64,000 nt of DNA from an uncultured delta proteobacterium (GTDB lineage: Bacteria > Desulfobacterota > Binatia > Binatales > Binataceae). How positions within the stretch are numbered: position 1 is the first letter of the stretch; every line of letters begins with the position of its first letter. The position numbers and the translations under genes were made by a program. This document shows positions 18,386-28,885 of this stretch, in pieces. Below the pieces are notes generated by a model, which was not told the origin of the DNA, ran no database searches, and worked only from the letters and a program-made list of their open reading frames with translations. The DNA lies in assembly GCA_963842085.1 (NCBI GenBank), contig CAWJET010000001.1:1248001-1312000 (forward strand), in the 5' to 3' direction.

Positions 18386-19015
18386 ATGTCAATTCGTCTG
18401 ATCCTCGCTGACGACCACGCGCTGTTCCGTCAAGGGCTATCGGCGCTGCTCAGGCTCGAGCCGGATTTCGAGGTCGTCGCCGAAGTGGAGCGTCTCTCCG
18501 ATCTGGATCTGGTGATGTCCGCGACTCCGTGCGACATGCTGCTGCTCGATTTGCAGATGGAACGATGGTCGATGGAAGAGATCCCGCGGCTTGCGAAGAT
18601 GGCGTCGGTTATCGTCCTGACCGCAACTGAGAGCCCTGAGAGCGGGATCACGGCGATTCGTCTTGGCGCGCGCGCGATCGTGCAAAAGCATTTTGCGATC
18701 GAATACCTGGTCACTGCGATCCGCGCGGTGGCTGAGGGCCACGTGTGGATGCCGCCGGCGATTCAGGCTGCAATTGTGCGGCAAGGGATTGTGAGTGGGA
18801 AGCGCCTGACGTCGCGCGAATCGGAGATCGTGCGCTTCGTGGCCATGGGGATGCGCAATTCTGAAGTGGCGCAGCGGCTCGAGGTCAGCGAAAACACCGT
18901 CAAGACGCATCTCTCGAATATCTTTGAGAAGCTCAAGATTCGCGATCGCCAGGAGCTCACGCACTACGCCATCAGAACGGGACTTATCACGGTTCAGAAT
19001 CCCGGCGGCGACTGA
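18386..19015 (+). CDS. NarL/LuxR-family response regulator
   Basis: LADDH, LLDLQM receiver; LTSRE..NSEVA..TVKTHLSNIFEKL HTH. Confidence 0.92.
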   Translation: MSIRLILADDHALFRQGLSALLRLEPDFEVVAEVERLSDLDLVMSATPCDMLLLDLQMERWSMEEIPRLAKMASVIVLTATESPESGITAIRLGARAIVQKHFAIEYLVTAIRAVAEGHVWMPPAIQAAIVRQGIVSGKRLTSRESEIVRFVAMGMRNSEVAQRLEVSENTVKTHLSNIFEKLKIRDRQELTHYAIRTGLITVQNPGGD

Positions 19016-19235
19016 AAATCGTCTCTGCAACTCCGGGCCGTGACTACTTAGCGCCTTCGAAATAACAGGCACCTGCCCCTTCGCTAGGCAGTTCTACCTA
19101 AACGACTCGCAATTCAGCTGATCGTTTATTATCTCGCGATTTAGAATCGAGCTGACACTTTCGGGTGATCTTCGGATCATCCCCTATGAGTAGGCCATCT
19201 GCTCTCACAGTCTGACTTTTGCGATCTCAAAGTGG

Positions 19236-19251
19236 CGGCATGGCCGTTGCT
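19236..19251 (+). promoter_or_regulatory. Sigma54 -24/-12 promoter of the amt operon
   Basis: CGGCATGGCCGTTGCT (GG-N10-GC). Confidence 0.6.
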
Positions 19252-19333
19252 CTAGCGGCCCCTGTAGTCGCCGCTCTCTCGCTCAGAAAAGAAAACATGG
19301 CAGAACCAAAAGAACAGAGGAGAACTTTGCTCG

Positions 19334-19561
19334 ATGGGTGCGAATAGTCAACAAGGTTGGGCGCTTCTTTTGTTCCTCATCGGCTTCACATTCTTGCCGG
19401 CGGGTCTTTTCGCGCTGGGGCCAATCTTTGTGATCGCAGGCTTGGTATGCCTAATCGCATCGTTCGCCTGGTTTATGAGGATTAAGCCGCTCGAGCATCT
19501 GGAAAGCGGGAATAGTCCGGCGCAAGAGACTAATCCCGACCGAAAAGCCACTGCGGCCTAA
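19334..19561 (+). CDS. Small 2-TM membrane protein
   Basis: GAGGAG RBS; two hydrophobic segments. Confidence 0.65.
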   Translation: MGANSQQGWALLLFLIGFTFLPAGLFALGPIFVIAGLVCLIASFAWFMRIKPLEHLESGNSPAQETNPDRKATAA

Positions 19562-19589
19562 ATCTAGAGAAGACGATCGGAGGGAAACA

Positions 19590-19769
19590 ATGAGGATTCT
19601 AGGTCTGCTGGTATGCGTTCTAGGCTGGTTCATAGCCGTCTTGAGCGTGAAGGTTCCCGGAGTATACGCGCAGTTACTGGTCGCGGTCGTGGGATTCATC
19701 ATCGCTGCCTTGGGTTCAATGGCGATCGTCAACCGCTATCACCTGCAAAAGGCTAATTGGAAAGAATGA
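19590..19769 (+). CDS. Small 2-TM membrane protein (59 aa, not in the ORF track)
   Basis: GGAGG RBS; MRILGLLVCVLGWFIAVLSV...NRYHLQKANWKE*. Confidence 0.65.
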   Translation: MRILGLLVCVLGWFIAVLSVKVPGVYAQLLVAVVGFIIAALGSMAIVNRYHLQKANWKE

Positions 19770-19783
19770 GGGGAAAGCACTCG

Positions 19784-21496
19784 ATGCTCATAAGAATCAA
19801 TCGCTCACGCTATCGGCTCACCAGGCTTATCGTTCTGCTCTTGAGCGTTGCATGGCTTCTACCTACGACGCTCGTTCTGGCGCAAGCACCAGCCGCGTCG
19901 CCGTCGGCAGCCGCTTCGCCGGCTCCGCCGCCATCCGTGCCTCTCAGTACAGGCGACATCAGATCGATCAGCGGCCCTTCCGCCGCAGATTTGGCGAAGG
20001 GAGATCCGAGCGGAACTCTTACGGGTACGGTGAATGATGTCCCGGTCAGCGATACGAAGGCCGGTCTCACAATCGCCAACGTAGTTAACCAGGTGGGGCA
20101 GAATCGCATAGCGGCCAACTTCATTTGGACGCTGGTGACCGGTTATCTGGTCATGTTCATGCAGGCTGGCTTCGCCGCGGTTGAAACCGGACTCTGCCGC
20201 GCGAAAAACGCGAACCACACCTTCATGATGAACTTCATGGTGTACGGCTGGGGACTGTTCGCGTACTGGGTAATGGGATTCGCGCTGCAGCAGGGAGGAT
20301 GCGCTCCTGTCAGCACCTTAGGTGGCCTCAGCCCTCTCAACTCGGAATTCACGTTCAACTTTATAGGCGGCAAGCCCTGGGGACTCTTCGGCCAGAAGGG
20401 ATTCTTCCTGTCCGGTTCGGGCTACGACGTGGGCATCATGGTGATGTTCCTGTTCCAAATGGTGTTCATGGACACCGCTGCGACGATAGTCACCGGCGCC
20501 GCCGCCGAGCGATGGAAGTTTGCCGCCTTCTCAATGTCGAGCGTGTTTCTCGCCGCCATTACTTACCCGCTTTACGCGAACTGGGCATGGGGTGGTGGTT
20601 GGACGTCAGCGCTCGGGGCGAACTACGGGCTCGGACATGGATATTGCGATTTCGCCGGATCAGGTGTCGTGCATGCTGTGGGCGGGATTTCGGCCTTGGC
20701 TGTCTCGATGATCATCGGCCCGCGGATCGGCAAGTATCAGCGGAGTGGCAAGCCAAATCCGATGCCAGGGCACGATATGACCATGGTTCTGATCGGATGC
20801 TTCATCCTGGCGTTTGGATGGTTCGGGTTTAACCCAGGCAGCACTCTCGGTGCGTCAGCTAACGGCGATTTGCGGATAGGAACTATCGCGGTCAACACAA
20901 TGCTCGCAGGATGCACGGGTTCTATCGCGTCGCTGCTCTACATGTGGATTCGCTACGGTAAGCCTGATGCATCGATGGCAGGCAACGGACTGCTGGCGGG
21001 GCTTGTCGCGATTACCGCCCCCAGTGGTTTCGTGAACACAGTGGGAGCAACGATTATCGGCTTCTTTGCCGGAATGCTCGTTTGCTTGAGCGTAGAATTC
21101 ATCGAGCGCGTACTGAAGGTCGACGATCCAGTCGGTGCCATCTCAGTACATGGGACGTGCGGTCTCTGGGGTGTCATATCAGTAGGTTTGTTCGCAGATG
21201 GCACCAGCAATTACGGCGGCAGTTGGAACGGTGTCAATGGCAACGTGACTGGACTGTTCTATGGCGACCCGAGCCAGTTGGTCGCCCAGTTCATAGGGTG
21301 CGCGACCCTGATCGGGATCGTCTTTTCGCTCGCATATGTCCTCAACTGGTTCGTCGACCTCGTCGTCGGACAGAGGGTCGGAGCCCACAGCGAGCTTGAA
21401 GGTCTCGATCTGCCGGAGATGGGAGCGCTCGGTTATCCCGAGTTCCAGCTAGTTACATCAGGCCTTGGCCGTTCAATCGACGTGGCAGCCGACTAG
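19784..21496 (+). CDS. amt: Ammonium transporter (Amt) with a long N-terminal extension
   Basis: FMQAGFA, DFAGSGVVH, FGWFGFNPGS, GLVAIT, DDPVGAISVHG (twin His present), EGLD. Confidence 0.95.
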   Translation: MLIRINRSRYRLTRLIVLLLSVAWLLPTTLVLAQAPAASPSAAASPAPPPSVPLSTGDIRSISGPSAADLAKGDPSGTLTGTVNDVPVSDTKAGLTIANVVNQVGQNRIAANFIWTLVTGYLVMFMQAGFAAVETGLCRAKNANHTFMMNFMVYGWGLFAYWVMGFALQQGGCAPVSTLGGLSPLNSEFTFNFIGGKPWGLFGQKGFFLSGSGYDVGIMVMFLFQMVFMDTAATIVTGAAAERWKFAAFSMSSVFLAAITYPLYANWAWGGGWTSALGANYGLGHGYCDFAGSGVVHAVGGISALAVSMIIGPRIGKYQRSGKPNPMPGHDMTMVLIGCFILAFGWFGFNPGSTLGASANGDLRIGTIAVNTMLAGCTGSIASLLYMWIRYGKPDASMAGNGLLAGLVAITAPSGFVNTVGATIIGFFAGMLVCLSVEFIERVLKVDDPVGAISVHGTCGLWGVISVGLFADGTSNYGGSWNGVNGNVTGLFYGDPSQLVAQFIGCATLIGIVFSLAYVLNWFVDLVVGQRVGAHSELEGLDLPEMGALGYPEFQLVTSGLGRSIDVAAD

Positions 21497-21512
21497 GTCA
21501 AAAGGAGAACTT

Positions 21513-21605
21513 ATGGCAGCTCAAATTGCATTCGCGGTGATCATGCTCGCGGTATTCGTAGGATGGATGTTTATCAAACCCGGCAAGAGCATCTTCGATA
21601 AGTAG
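21513..21605 (+). CDS. 30-aa single-TM microprotein (KdpF-like size and architecture)
   Basis: AAGGAG RBS; MAAQIAFAVIMLAVFVGWMFIKPGKSIFDK*. Confidence 0.6.
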   Translation: MAAQIAFAVIMLAVFVGWMFIKPGKSIFDK

Positions 21606-21614
21606 AAAACTCCG

Positions 21615-22111
21615 GTGGAATTGAATACGACAGCTATGCAGGAAGAGCTAACAGATCCGATGGCTGGAAAGCGCCCGACGCCCATAGTTCGCGACGCTCA
21701 CGCGTTGCTGCTGCGAGGGATTGACGCCTTGGAGCGCAATCATATCGAAGAGGCTATCGCCCTGCTGCGCCAGGCGGTCCAACTCGATGCCGAGTCTTTC
21801 CACAGCCAGCTCGCGCTCGGCATCGCGCTCACCAAGGGTCTCGAGATTCCAGCTGCCGAAGCCGCCCTGGAGGCGGCGATAAGTCTCGAACCTCGAAGCT
21901 TCTGGGCCCACTTTCGAATGGGCGAACTGTTCCAGCGCGTCGGGGTTCCAGGAAAAGCAAAAGAGGAATTCCAGACTGCGCTGGACCTGGCGCAGACCAG
22001 CGAGGAAAAGAAGATCGCCCGAGACCGCCTGGAAAGTGAACAGAAACGCGACCCAGTACGCGCGTGGCGGCCAGACTTCGCCGGCTTGTTGCGTAGAAAG
22101 AAGCGGAAGTG

Positions 22112-22112
<1 letters not shown>
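21615..22112 (+). CDS. Tetratricopeptide-repeat protein
   Basis: Three TPR-like repeats (EEAIALLRQAVQLD, AAISLEPRSFWAHFRMG). Confidence 0.8.
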
Positions 22113-22656
<544 letters not shown>

Positions 22657-22689
22657 GTCTCGGTTCGTCCATTTTGAGCCGGTCTGCCG

Positions 22690-23700
22690 ATGGTCTATGG
22701 CTTAGGAGTAACGCTAGTCGTCGTCTTGTTGGGCCCGGTGATGTTCGAGCCGATCGGACAGAACATCGAGATGTTCTTTCTAGTCGTCGGCGCCTTTGCT
22801 TCCGCTATCAGTGGGCAATGGGGACACGATCTGCTTCACGCAGCACTCACCGAACCGATCGCCTTGACGATCGCGGTTCTGGTCTTTGGCGTGGTCATGC
22901 GCGTGACGCGACCTTGGCTCGACCAGGGGGTGAAACGACTGGTGCAGGTCGTCGATCCGCGATGGATCTATTTCGCTTTGATCATAGTTTTGGGACTGCT
23001 TTCGAGCGTCATCACTGCGGTAATCGCGGCCCTGGTCTTGGTCGAAGCGATTGCTTTGCTGAAGCTTGATCGCCGCAGCGAGATAGCAGCCGTCGTGCTG
23101 GCTTGCTTTGCGATCGGCTTGGGCGCCGCACTTACCCCGGTCGGCGAACCTCTCGGCACGATAGCGATCGCGGCGCTGAAGACGGACTTCTGGTACCTCG
23201 CGCGACTTTTGGGGCCAATGGTCGTTACCGGCATCGCGATCGTTGGAATTTTCAGTCTGTTCCTGCCGGCGAAGTACGGACACTCACTGAAAGCTGACGC
23301 CCACACGGAGAATTGGTCCGAGATTTTCTTTCGCGCAGGGAAAGTTTATCTGTTTGTCGCGGGACTGGTTGGACTTTCGTGGGGACTGCGCCCGCTCGTC
23401 GACGCCTACATCAGCCACTTGCCGCAGGGTGTATTGTTTTGGCTGAACTCGATTTCAGCGGTCGTCGACAACGCCACGCTCACTGCCGCCGAGATTGGCC
23501 CCTCGCTGTCGACCGCGCAGCAGCGCGGTGTGCTGATGGGTCTCTTGATCAGCGGTGGCATGCTTATTCCTGGCAACATTCCCAACATCGTAGCAGCCGG
23601 GCGTTTGGGAATTTCGAGCCGCGAATGGGCTCGTGTTGGATTGGTAGCCGGGGTTCCACTAATGGCGCTCTGCTTCGCCGCTCTCTATTTGATGGCATGA
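22690..23700 (+). CDS. DUF1646-family putative cation transporter
   Basis: GAALTPVGEPL, NSISAVVDNATLTAAEI, SGGMLIPGNIPNI; multiple TM segments. Confidence 0.85.
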   Translation: MVYGLGVTLVVVLLGPVMFEPIGQNIEMFFLVVGAFASAISGQWGHDLLHAALTEPIALTIAVLVFGVVMRVTRPWLDQGVKRLVQVVDPRWIYFALIIVLGLLSSVITAVIAALVLVEAIALLKLDRRSEIAAVVLACFAIGLGAALTPVGEPLGTIAIAALKTDFWYLARLLGPMVVTGIAIVGIFSLFLPAKYGHSLKADAHTENWSEIFFRAGKVYLFVAGLVGLSWGLRPLVDAYISHLPQGVLFWLNSISAVVDNATLTAAEIGPSLSTAQQRGVLMGLLISGGMLIPGNIPNIVAAGRLGISSREWARVGLVAGVPLMALCFAALYLMA

Positions 23701-24779
23701 GTCAAAGGCAACATCTTCACGATCCTAGAATATCCAGGCGGAGAATTTATCTCCGGGGCCTCGTCGGACCTCATGAAAGCGACGAGGGGGAGACTGCGAT
23801 TGAAACCCTGATGCCATCCCAGACCCGCCCGACGACAACTGGTGCGAAAGACGACGAGCTTCTCCTTGAGAGCCACAGCCTCCCAATGACTGAGTTTATC
23901 GAGGCAGGGCATCGAGCCGCCTTCGCCAACGCAACCGTTCTACTGACCGGCGACAGCGGCACCGGGAAAAGCGCCTTCGCGCGCCAGATACATAGATGGA
24001 GTCGGCGAAGCGAGGCGCCATTTTTAAGCGTCGACTGTGCAGCGATATCCGAGCACATTCGCGAGAGCGATCCCTTCGAGGATTTAAGGAACTCGCTGGC
24101 GGCTTTGCCCGCTGAACGCGACGGCGAAAGCGACGTTTCGGACTCCGCTACCCTGCTTTTGGACAATCTCGTGGATCTCCCGCATGCCGCTCAGGCCAGG
24201 CTTTTGCAGTTCGTCGAAGGGCGGCAATCTAGCCCGCATCTGCCCTCTTCGCGGTTGAGAGTAAGGATCGTTGCTGCTTCTAGTCGCGATCTTTCCGAAG
24301 AGGTTTCGGCCGGTCGTTTCCGCCGCGATCTCTTCTATCGGATCAACGTGATCGCGCTGAGGATTCCCGCGCTGGCCGATCGCCGCGGAGATATTCTTCC
24401 ATTAGCCGAGCACTTATTGGCGAACTTCGCACTGCAAAACCATCGGTTTGGATTGCACCTATCAGCCGAAGCTGAGGCCGCGATCGCGAGCTATCAGTGG
24501 CCTGGCAATGTCCGGGAATTGAGAAACGCCATCGAGCGCGCGGCCGTCCTATGCACCCGGGATTTGATCGGCGAACAACTTCTCCCACATGCGGTCTTGT
24601 CCGCCAAACGACTTTACTCCTTTCCGGAACCCAAACCAGTCAGTAGTCTCGAAGAGGTCGAGCGCCGGCAGATCATAGAAGTGCTCAAAGAATCCGCGAC
24701 CATGGAAGAGGCTGCGGCCGCACTCGGCATCAACTCCACGACACTCTGGCGAAAGCGAAAACTTTACAATATCCACTAG
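23697..24779 (+). CDS. Degenerate sigma54-interaction AAA+/Fis-HTH regulator
   Basis: GDSGTGKS, FRRDLFYRIN, WPGNVREL, HTH; no GAFTGA; Walker B is LLLDN; no receiver; start codon uncertain. Confidence 0.8.
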   Translation: MSQRQHLHDPRISRRRIYLRGLVGPHESDEGETAIETLMPSQTRPTTTGAKDDELLLESHSLPMTEFIEAGHRAAFANATVLLTGDSGTGKSAFARQIHRWSRRSEAPFLSVDCAAISEHIRESDPFEDLRNSLAALPAERDGESDVSDSATLLLDNLVDLPHAAQARLLQFVEGRQSSPHLPSSRLRVRIVAASSRDLSEEVSAGRFRRDLFYRINVIALRIPALADRRGDILPLAEHLLANFALQNHRFGLHLSAEAEAAIASYQWPGNVRELRNAIERAAVLCTRDLIGEQLLPHAVLSAKRLYSFPEPKPVSSLEEVERRQIIEVLKESATMEEAAAALGINSTTLWRKRKLYNIH

Positions 24780-25013
24780 CGTGCGTGATGCATGATTCGG
24801 GTCGCATATCCTTGGGCAATCTGGCTTCTTCTGTTTTACGAGTGCAAACGACCGATTAGGGCTGAGAGCGGATTTGCCACTTCGATCGGTTGGATTTGGA
24901 TCCTTGAGTTTGCAGGATGGCAGGAGCGATAGGACCACTGCCATACATCTGATCGGAAGGGCGAAAGGCGCGGCTATGCGAAAACACCAGCAGTTCACTC
25001 TTGCCGGAGAAAG

Positions 25014-25448
25014 ATGATGAAGATGGAGCGGATTCTGGTGCCCGTCGACTTTTCTGAACATTCGCTCGCGGCACTAATGTACGCGATAGAACTAGCGCAC
25101 GAGTATGAATGCGAGGTGCTCCTCGTTCACGTCGTAGAGCCGCTACCTCGCGGGACCATGCGCTGGTCTGATGACACCAGTTTACTTGAGCAGCACCGTG
25201 AGAAGGCATGCGACGAACTCAAGCGTTTCGAGCAGGAAGCAACACGGCTCTATCCAAAATGCCGTTCGGAACTCTACTTTGGCATAACTCACGACGTGAT
25301 CGAGGAAGTGGTTAGCCGGTTGGAGGTTGATCTTGTAGTTATATCCATCCATGAAAAAACTCCACTGGTCGACCTATTGACCGGCGGCACCGCTCATCAT
25401 TTGCTGCGCCATGCCCGGTGCCCTGTCTTGAGGTTACTTGCTGACTGA
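25014..25448 (+). CDS. Universal stress protein
   Basis: RILVPVDFSEHS...LLRHARCPVL. Confidence 0.9.
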   Translation: MMKMERILVPVDFSEHSLAALMYAIELAHEYECEVLLVHVVEPLPRGTMRWSDDTSLLEQHREKACDELKRFEQEATRLYPKCRSELYFGITHDVIEEVVSRLEVDLVVISIHEKTPLVDLLTGGTAHHLLRHARCPVLRLLAD

Positions 25449-25593
25449 CTACGATAAGTCTCCAGTTTTTGTATTCCACTGTTCCCTCGTGGCGATCCGC
25501 CAGACGAACGAGTGGTCCGAGCGGCATTGCTTTGCGCAACCTTTGCCAATCGCGTAGATTGCAAATTGCAAGACGAATGGTTTCCGCACTCGA

Positions 25594-27648
25594 ATGACAT
25601 CACCGACCACAGGTTCGAAGAATACCCGCTCGAACGGGAGCAAGCGTACCCTGAGTGACGTAATTATCGGTCCGGCGCGCGATGTCCGTGACCCCCAGAT
25701 CTTCCACAACCTTTCGCTGGTCGCATTTCTGGCATGGGTCGGGCTGGGCTCCGACGGTTTGAGCTCTTCCTGCTATGGCCCTGAAGAAGCTTTCCTGGCA
25801 CTCGGGCACCATCAGTATTTGGCCGTGTTCCTCGCGATGCTTATGGCGCTGACGGTTTTCATCATCTCGGCGTCTTATTCGCAAACGATCGATCTGTTTC
25901 CAACTGGCGGTGGCGGTTACCTGGTCGCGACCAAGCTCCTCGGCAAATATTCCGGCCTGGTCTCAGGATCGGCGCTGGTCGTCGACTACGTGCTGACTAT
26001 CGCGATTTCGATTGCGAGCGGCGCCGACGCAATTTTCAGCTTTCTGCCGGTCGCATGGCTGCCGTACAAATTCTGGGTCTGTCTTTTGGTCGTGGTGTTG
26101 ATGGTGGTGATGAACCTGCGCGGGGTGAAGGAATCGGTGCTGTCGCTGCTGCCGATCTTCCTTGCCTTTATCGTCATGCATGTGTGGCTGGTCGGCTACG
26201 CGATTCTCAGCCGCGCGCCGGAGCTGCCGTCAGTTGTCGGCCACGCCATGCGCGAGGTGCATGCCAGCACGCACAGCCTGGGGATGTTGGCGGTCGCGGT
26301 GATTTTTTTCCGCGCCTATAGCCTTGGCGGCGGCACCTACACCGGAATCGAGGCGGTCAGCAACGGCCTGCCGATTCTGCGCGAGCCACGCACCGAGACC
26401 GGCAAACGCACGATGATCTACATGGCGATCTCGCTGGCGTTCGTTGCCGGCGGAATTCTGCTCGGCTACCTGCTGCTCAACGTAGAGGCGGCCACCGGCA
26501 AGACCCTCAACGCCGTAATGTTCGATCGGCTTGCTTCCAACTGGCAGCTGTTCGGCTTCAGCGTTGGCCCCGGGATAGTCACATTCGCGCTCCTGACTGA
26601 AGGCGCGTTGCTGTTCGTGGCCGCGCAGACCGGATTCGTGGACGGGCCGCGCGTGCTGGCAACGATGGCGTCCGATCGATGGCTGCCGCGACGCTTCGCC
26701 AACCTGAGCGCGCGACTGGTGACGCAGGACGGCGTCGTCACGATGGGGCTGGGCGCGATACTGCTTCTTATCGGCACCGAGGCGAAGGTCGACGTGCTGG
26801 TCGTCCTGTACGCGATCAACGTATTCGTTACGTTCACGCTCTCGCAGCTCGGGATGACGACGCACTGGTGGCTGGAGCGCAAGAACGAAAAGCGCTGGCG
26901 CCGCAAGATGCTCATCAACGGGATCGGGACGCTCTTTACGGCCACCATCCTCATGATCACGCTGACGCTCAAGTTCTACGACGGCGGATGGGTTACCGTG
27001 GTTATCACCGGCGGCATGATTGCGCTCTGTTACGGGGTAAGGCGGCACTACGAACGCGTATCGAAGGCGATCGAGCAGCTCGAGGCCGATATTCTGCCCA
27101 AGCTGTACGCCGCGAAAAGGCACGAACCGGCCAAACGCGATCCCGAGGCGCCCACGGCCGCCATCCTGGTGAGCGGTTACAACGGTCTGGGCCTGGCGAC
27201 CCTGATCGCGGTAACGCAATTGTTCAAGGACGAATTCCACAACGTGGTTTTCATCGGAGTCGGCGAGGTCGACGCAGCCTTGTTGAAGGGTCACGAGGAA
27301 GTCCACGAGCTCGAGAACCGGATGAGCGAAGACCTCAATGAGTATTGCCAGTTCGCGACTGACCTGGGACTTCATCCGGAGTTGCGCGCGGGTCTTGCCC
27401 CCGACGTGGTCGTCGAGTTGCGCCGCTTGTGTCTGGAAGTCGCGCACGAATTTCCACACGCAGTGTTCTTCGCCGGCAAGCTCATCTTCTCGGACGAGAT
27501 GGAAGGGTTCATCGGCCGTTTCCTGCACAATCACACCTCGATGGAACTCCAGAACTGGCTCCAACTCTACGGATACAGTCTTGTGATTCTGCCGATCCGC
27601 GTGGGGATCGGCTCGATGGCGAGAGTGCCAATCTCAAGGGCAGCGTAA
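25594..27648 (+). CDS. APC-fold transporter, KimA/KUP-like K+ importer
   Basis: GSDGLSSSCYGPEE, GGGGYLVA, DYVLT, TGIEAVSNG, LHN in the cytosolic tail. Confidence 0.8.
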   Translation: MTSPTTGSKNTRSNGSKRTLSDVIIGPARDVRDPQIFHNLSLVAFLAWVGLGSDGLSSSCYGPEEAFLALGHHQYLAVFLAMLMALTVFIISASYSQTIDLFPTGGGGYLVATKLLGKYSGLVSGSALVVDYVLTIAISIASGADAIFSFLPVAWLPYKFWVCLLVVVLMVVMNLRGVKESVLSLLPIFLAFIVMHVWLVGYAILSRAPELPSVVGHAMREVHASTHSLGMLAVAVIFFRAYSLGGGTYTGIEAVSNGLPILREPRTETGKRTMIYMAISLAFVAGGILLGYLLLNVEAATGKTLNAVMFDRLASNWQLFGFSVGPGIVTFALLTEGALLFVAAQTGFVDGPRVLATMASDRWLPRRFANLSARLVTQDGVVTMGLGAILLLIGTEAKVDVLVVLYAINVFVTFTLSQLGMTTHWWLERKNEKRWRRKMLINGIGTLFTATILMITLTLKFYDGGWVTVVITGGMIALCYGVRRHYERVSKAIEQLEADILPKLYAAKRHEPAKRDPEAPTAAILVSGYNGLGLATLIAVTQLFKDEFHNVVFIGVGEVDAALLKGHEEVHELENRMSEDLNEYCQFATDLGLHPELRAGLAPDVVVELRRLCLEVAHEFPHAVFFAGKLIFSDEMEGFIGRFLHNHTSMELQNWLQLYGYSLVILPIRVGIGSMARVPISRAA

Positions 27649-27930
27649 TTTCCCTCTGAGGCGTTCGACGTAGCCGTTCTGCTATGGCGAGCGGGAGGGT
27701 CGGACGATCGCGGACCCTGCGGTCTACCAAAAGCTCCGAAAGCGGCGAAAAGTCTAGAGTTTTGAGAATCACTGCCTTAGTGTCGGCGCCATGCATAAGC
27801 CCGAGCGATCAATCGTCTCTATGCTTGCCCGTCGATTCCGTAGTCGGGCGGTGGTCGAGCTATAGAATCTCGCGCTCCGCCCTCAACTGCACGTTCTTCG
27901 CCGCCAGCGGCCGGGTCGACCGCGGCTGCC

Positions 27931-28047
27931 TACTTTCGACAGCTTATCTCTGGGTCTTGCGCTACCGACTCTGGCCGCGCTGTTTGGACGCGATGGTGTT
28001 GGTCAAGCCGGCAACGGTAATCCAATGGCACCGGCAGGGATTCCGTG
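27931..28047 (+). pseudogene. Fragment of an integrase-core transposase
   Basis: LDAMVLVKPATVIQWHRQGFR is homologous to the N-terminal part of 28948-29964. Confidence 0.65.
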
Positions 28048-28885
28048 CGGCGCTGGCCGACACGTTCGACAGATCGAGTTACGCCAACGGCACTGCGCGA
28101 TTGTTATCGAGCGCGAGCGGCGTCGCGGATTGGAGATCTGCGATCGGCGGAACGCATGGCCCGCCGCGCAGCATTCTGCTAACTCAAATCTCGATGAACC
28201 CCGCCACGCTGCCGAGCCTCACGCTTGTGCACAGCGAGGTTTCCACACCTATCGGGGTTTGAGGCGCAACGCAGATGATGAAGCACCTGCCTCTCTGTTA
28301 TCACGTTGCGTAGGCCGATGCGCCGCTGTAAAAAAAACCAATCGCTAGAACGAGGAAGGTGCCGACCAACAAGAGAGCTGCTTCGATAGCCATTGTTGGA
28401 ATCCTCCCTGTAGAGATTAAAGATTTTCTTACCGCTGAACAACGGATATTGCAATAAGGAACGGGCCAGCGACGGAGGGATCCATTGCCGACCCGAGCAC
28501 CGGTTGCCGTAAGTGTGGCGGCGAGCCTATTGTGCGTTCGTGGGGATAGTGGTGGGGAGTATCTTCCCGCCCAGCGCCAGCGTGGATTCTCCCCTCCATG
28601 CTAGCGCACTTCGTCGCATGATTCCTCATCCCATCTGATTTCGGCTTCGCTCCTGTTTATCCCAGCAAATGAAGCCACCCTCAAATCAAAAGACGCCAGT
28701 CAATGGCTGTCGCGCTGAGATGACGCCAGTACCGGCGTAGGGTCGGGACCTGATCGCCGAGAAGGTTGACGGCGCTGGCCGACACGTTCGCCAGATCGCA
28801 GTGTGCGGGCGCATTGCGAGATCGTCATCCAGCGCGAGCGGGGTAGCGGGCTTGAGATCTCATATCGGCGGAATGAATGAGCGCC

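Noticed and set aside
23313-23696. N-terminal extension of the 488-aa sigma54-type ORF
   Set aside because: Overlaps the DUF1646 gene out of frame; a start at 23697 or later is more plausible
24966-24980. Sigma54 promoters before the USP gene (24967) and the KimA-like gene (25523)
   Set aside because: GG-to-GC spacing of the best-looking match is 9 nt rather than the required 10
26230-27564. Long antisense ORFs (also 46225-47907, 58092-59219, 55847-56755)
   Set aside because: Shadow frames of well-supported genes in GC-rich DNA, with no recognisable motifs
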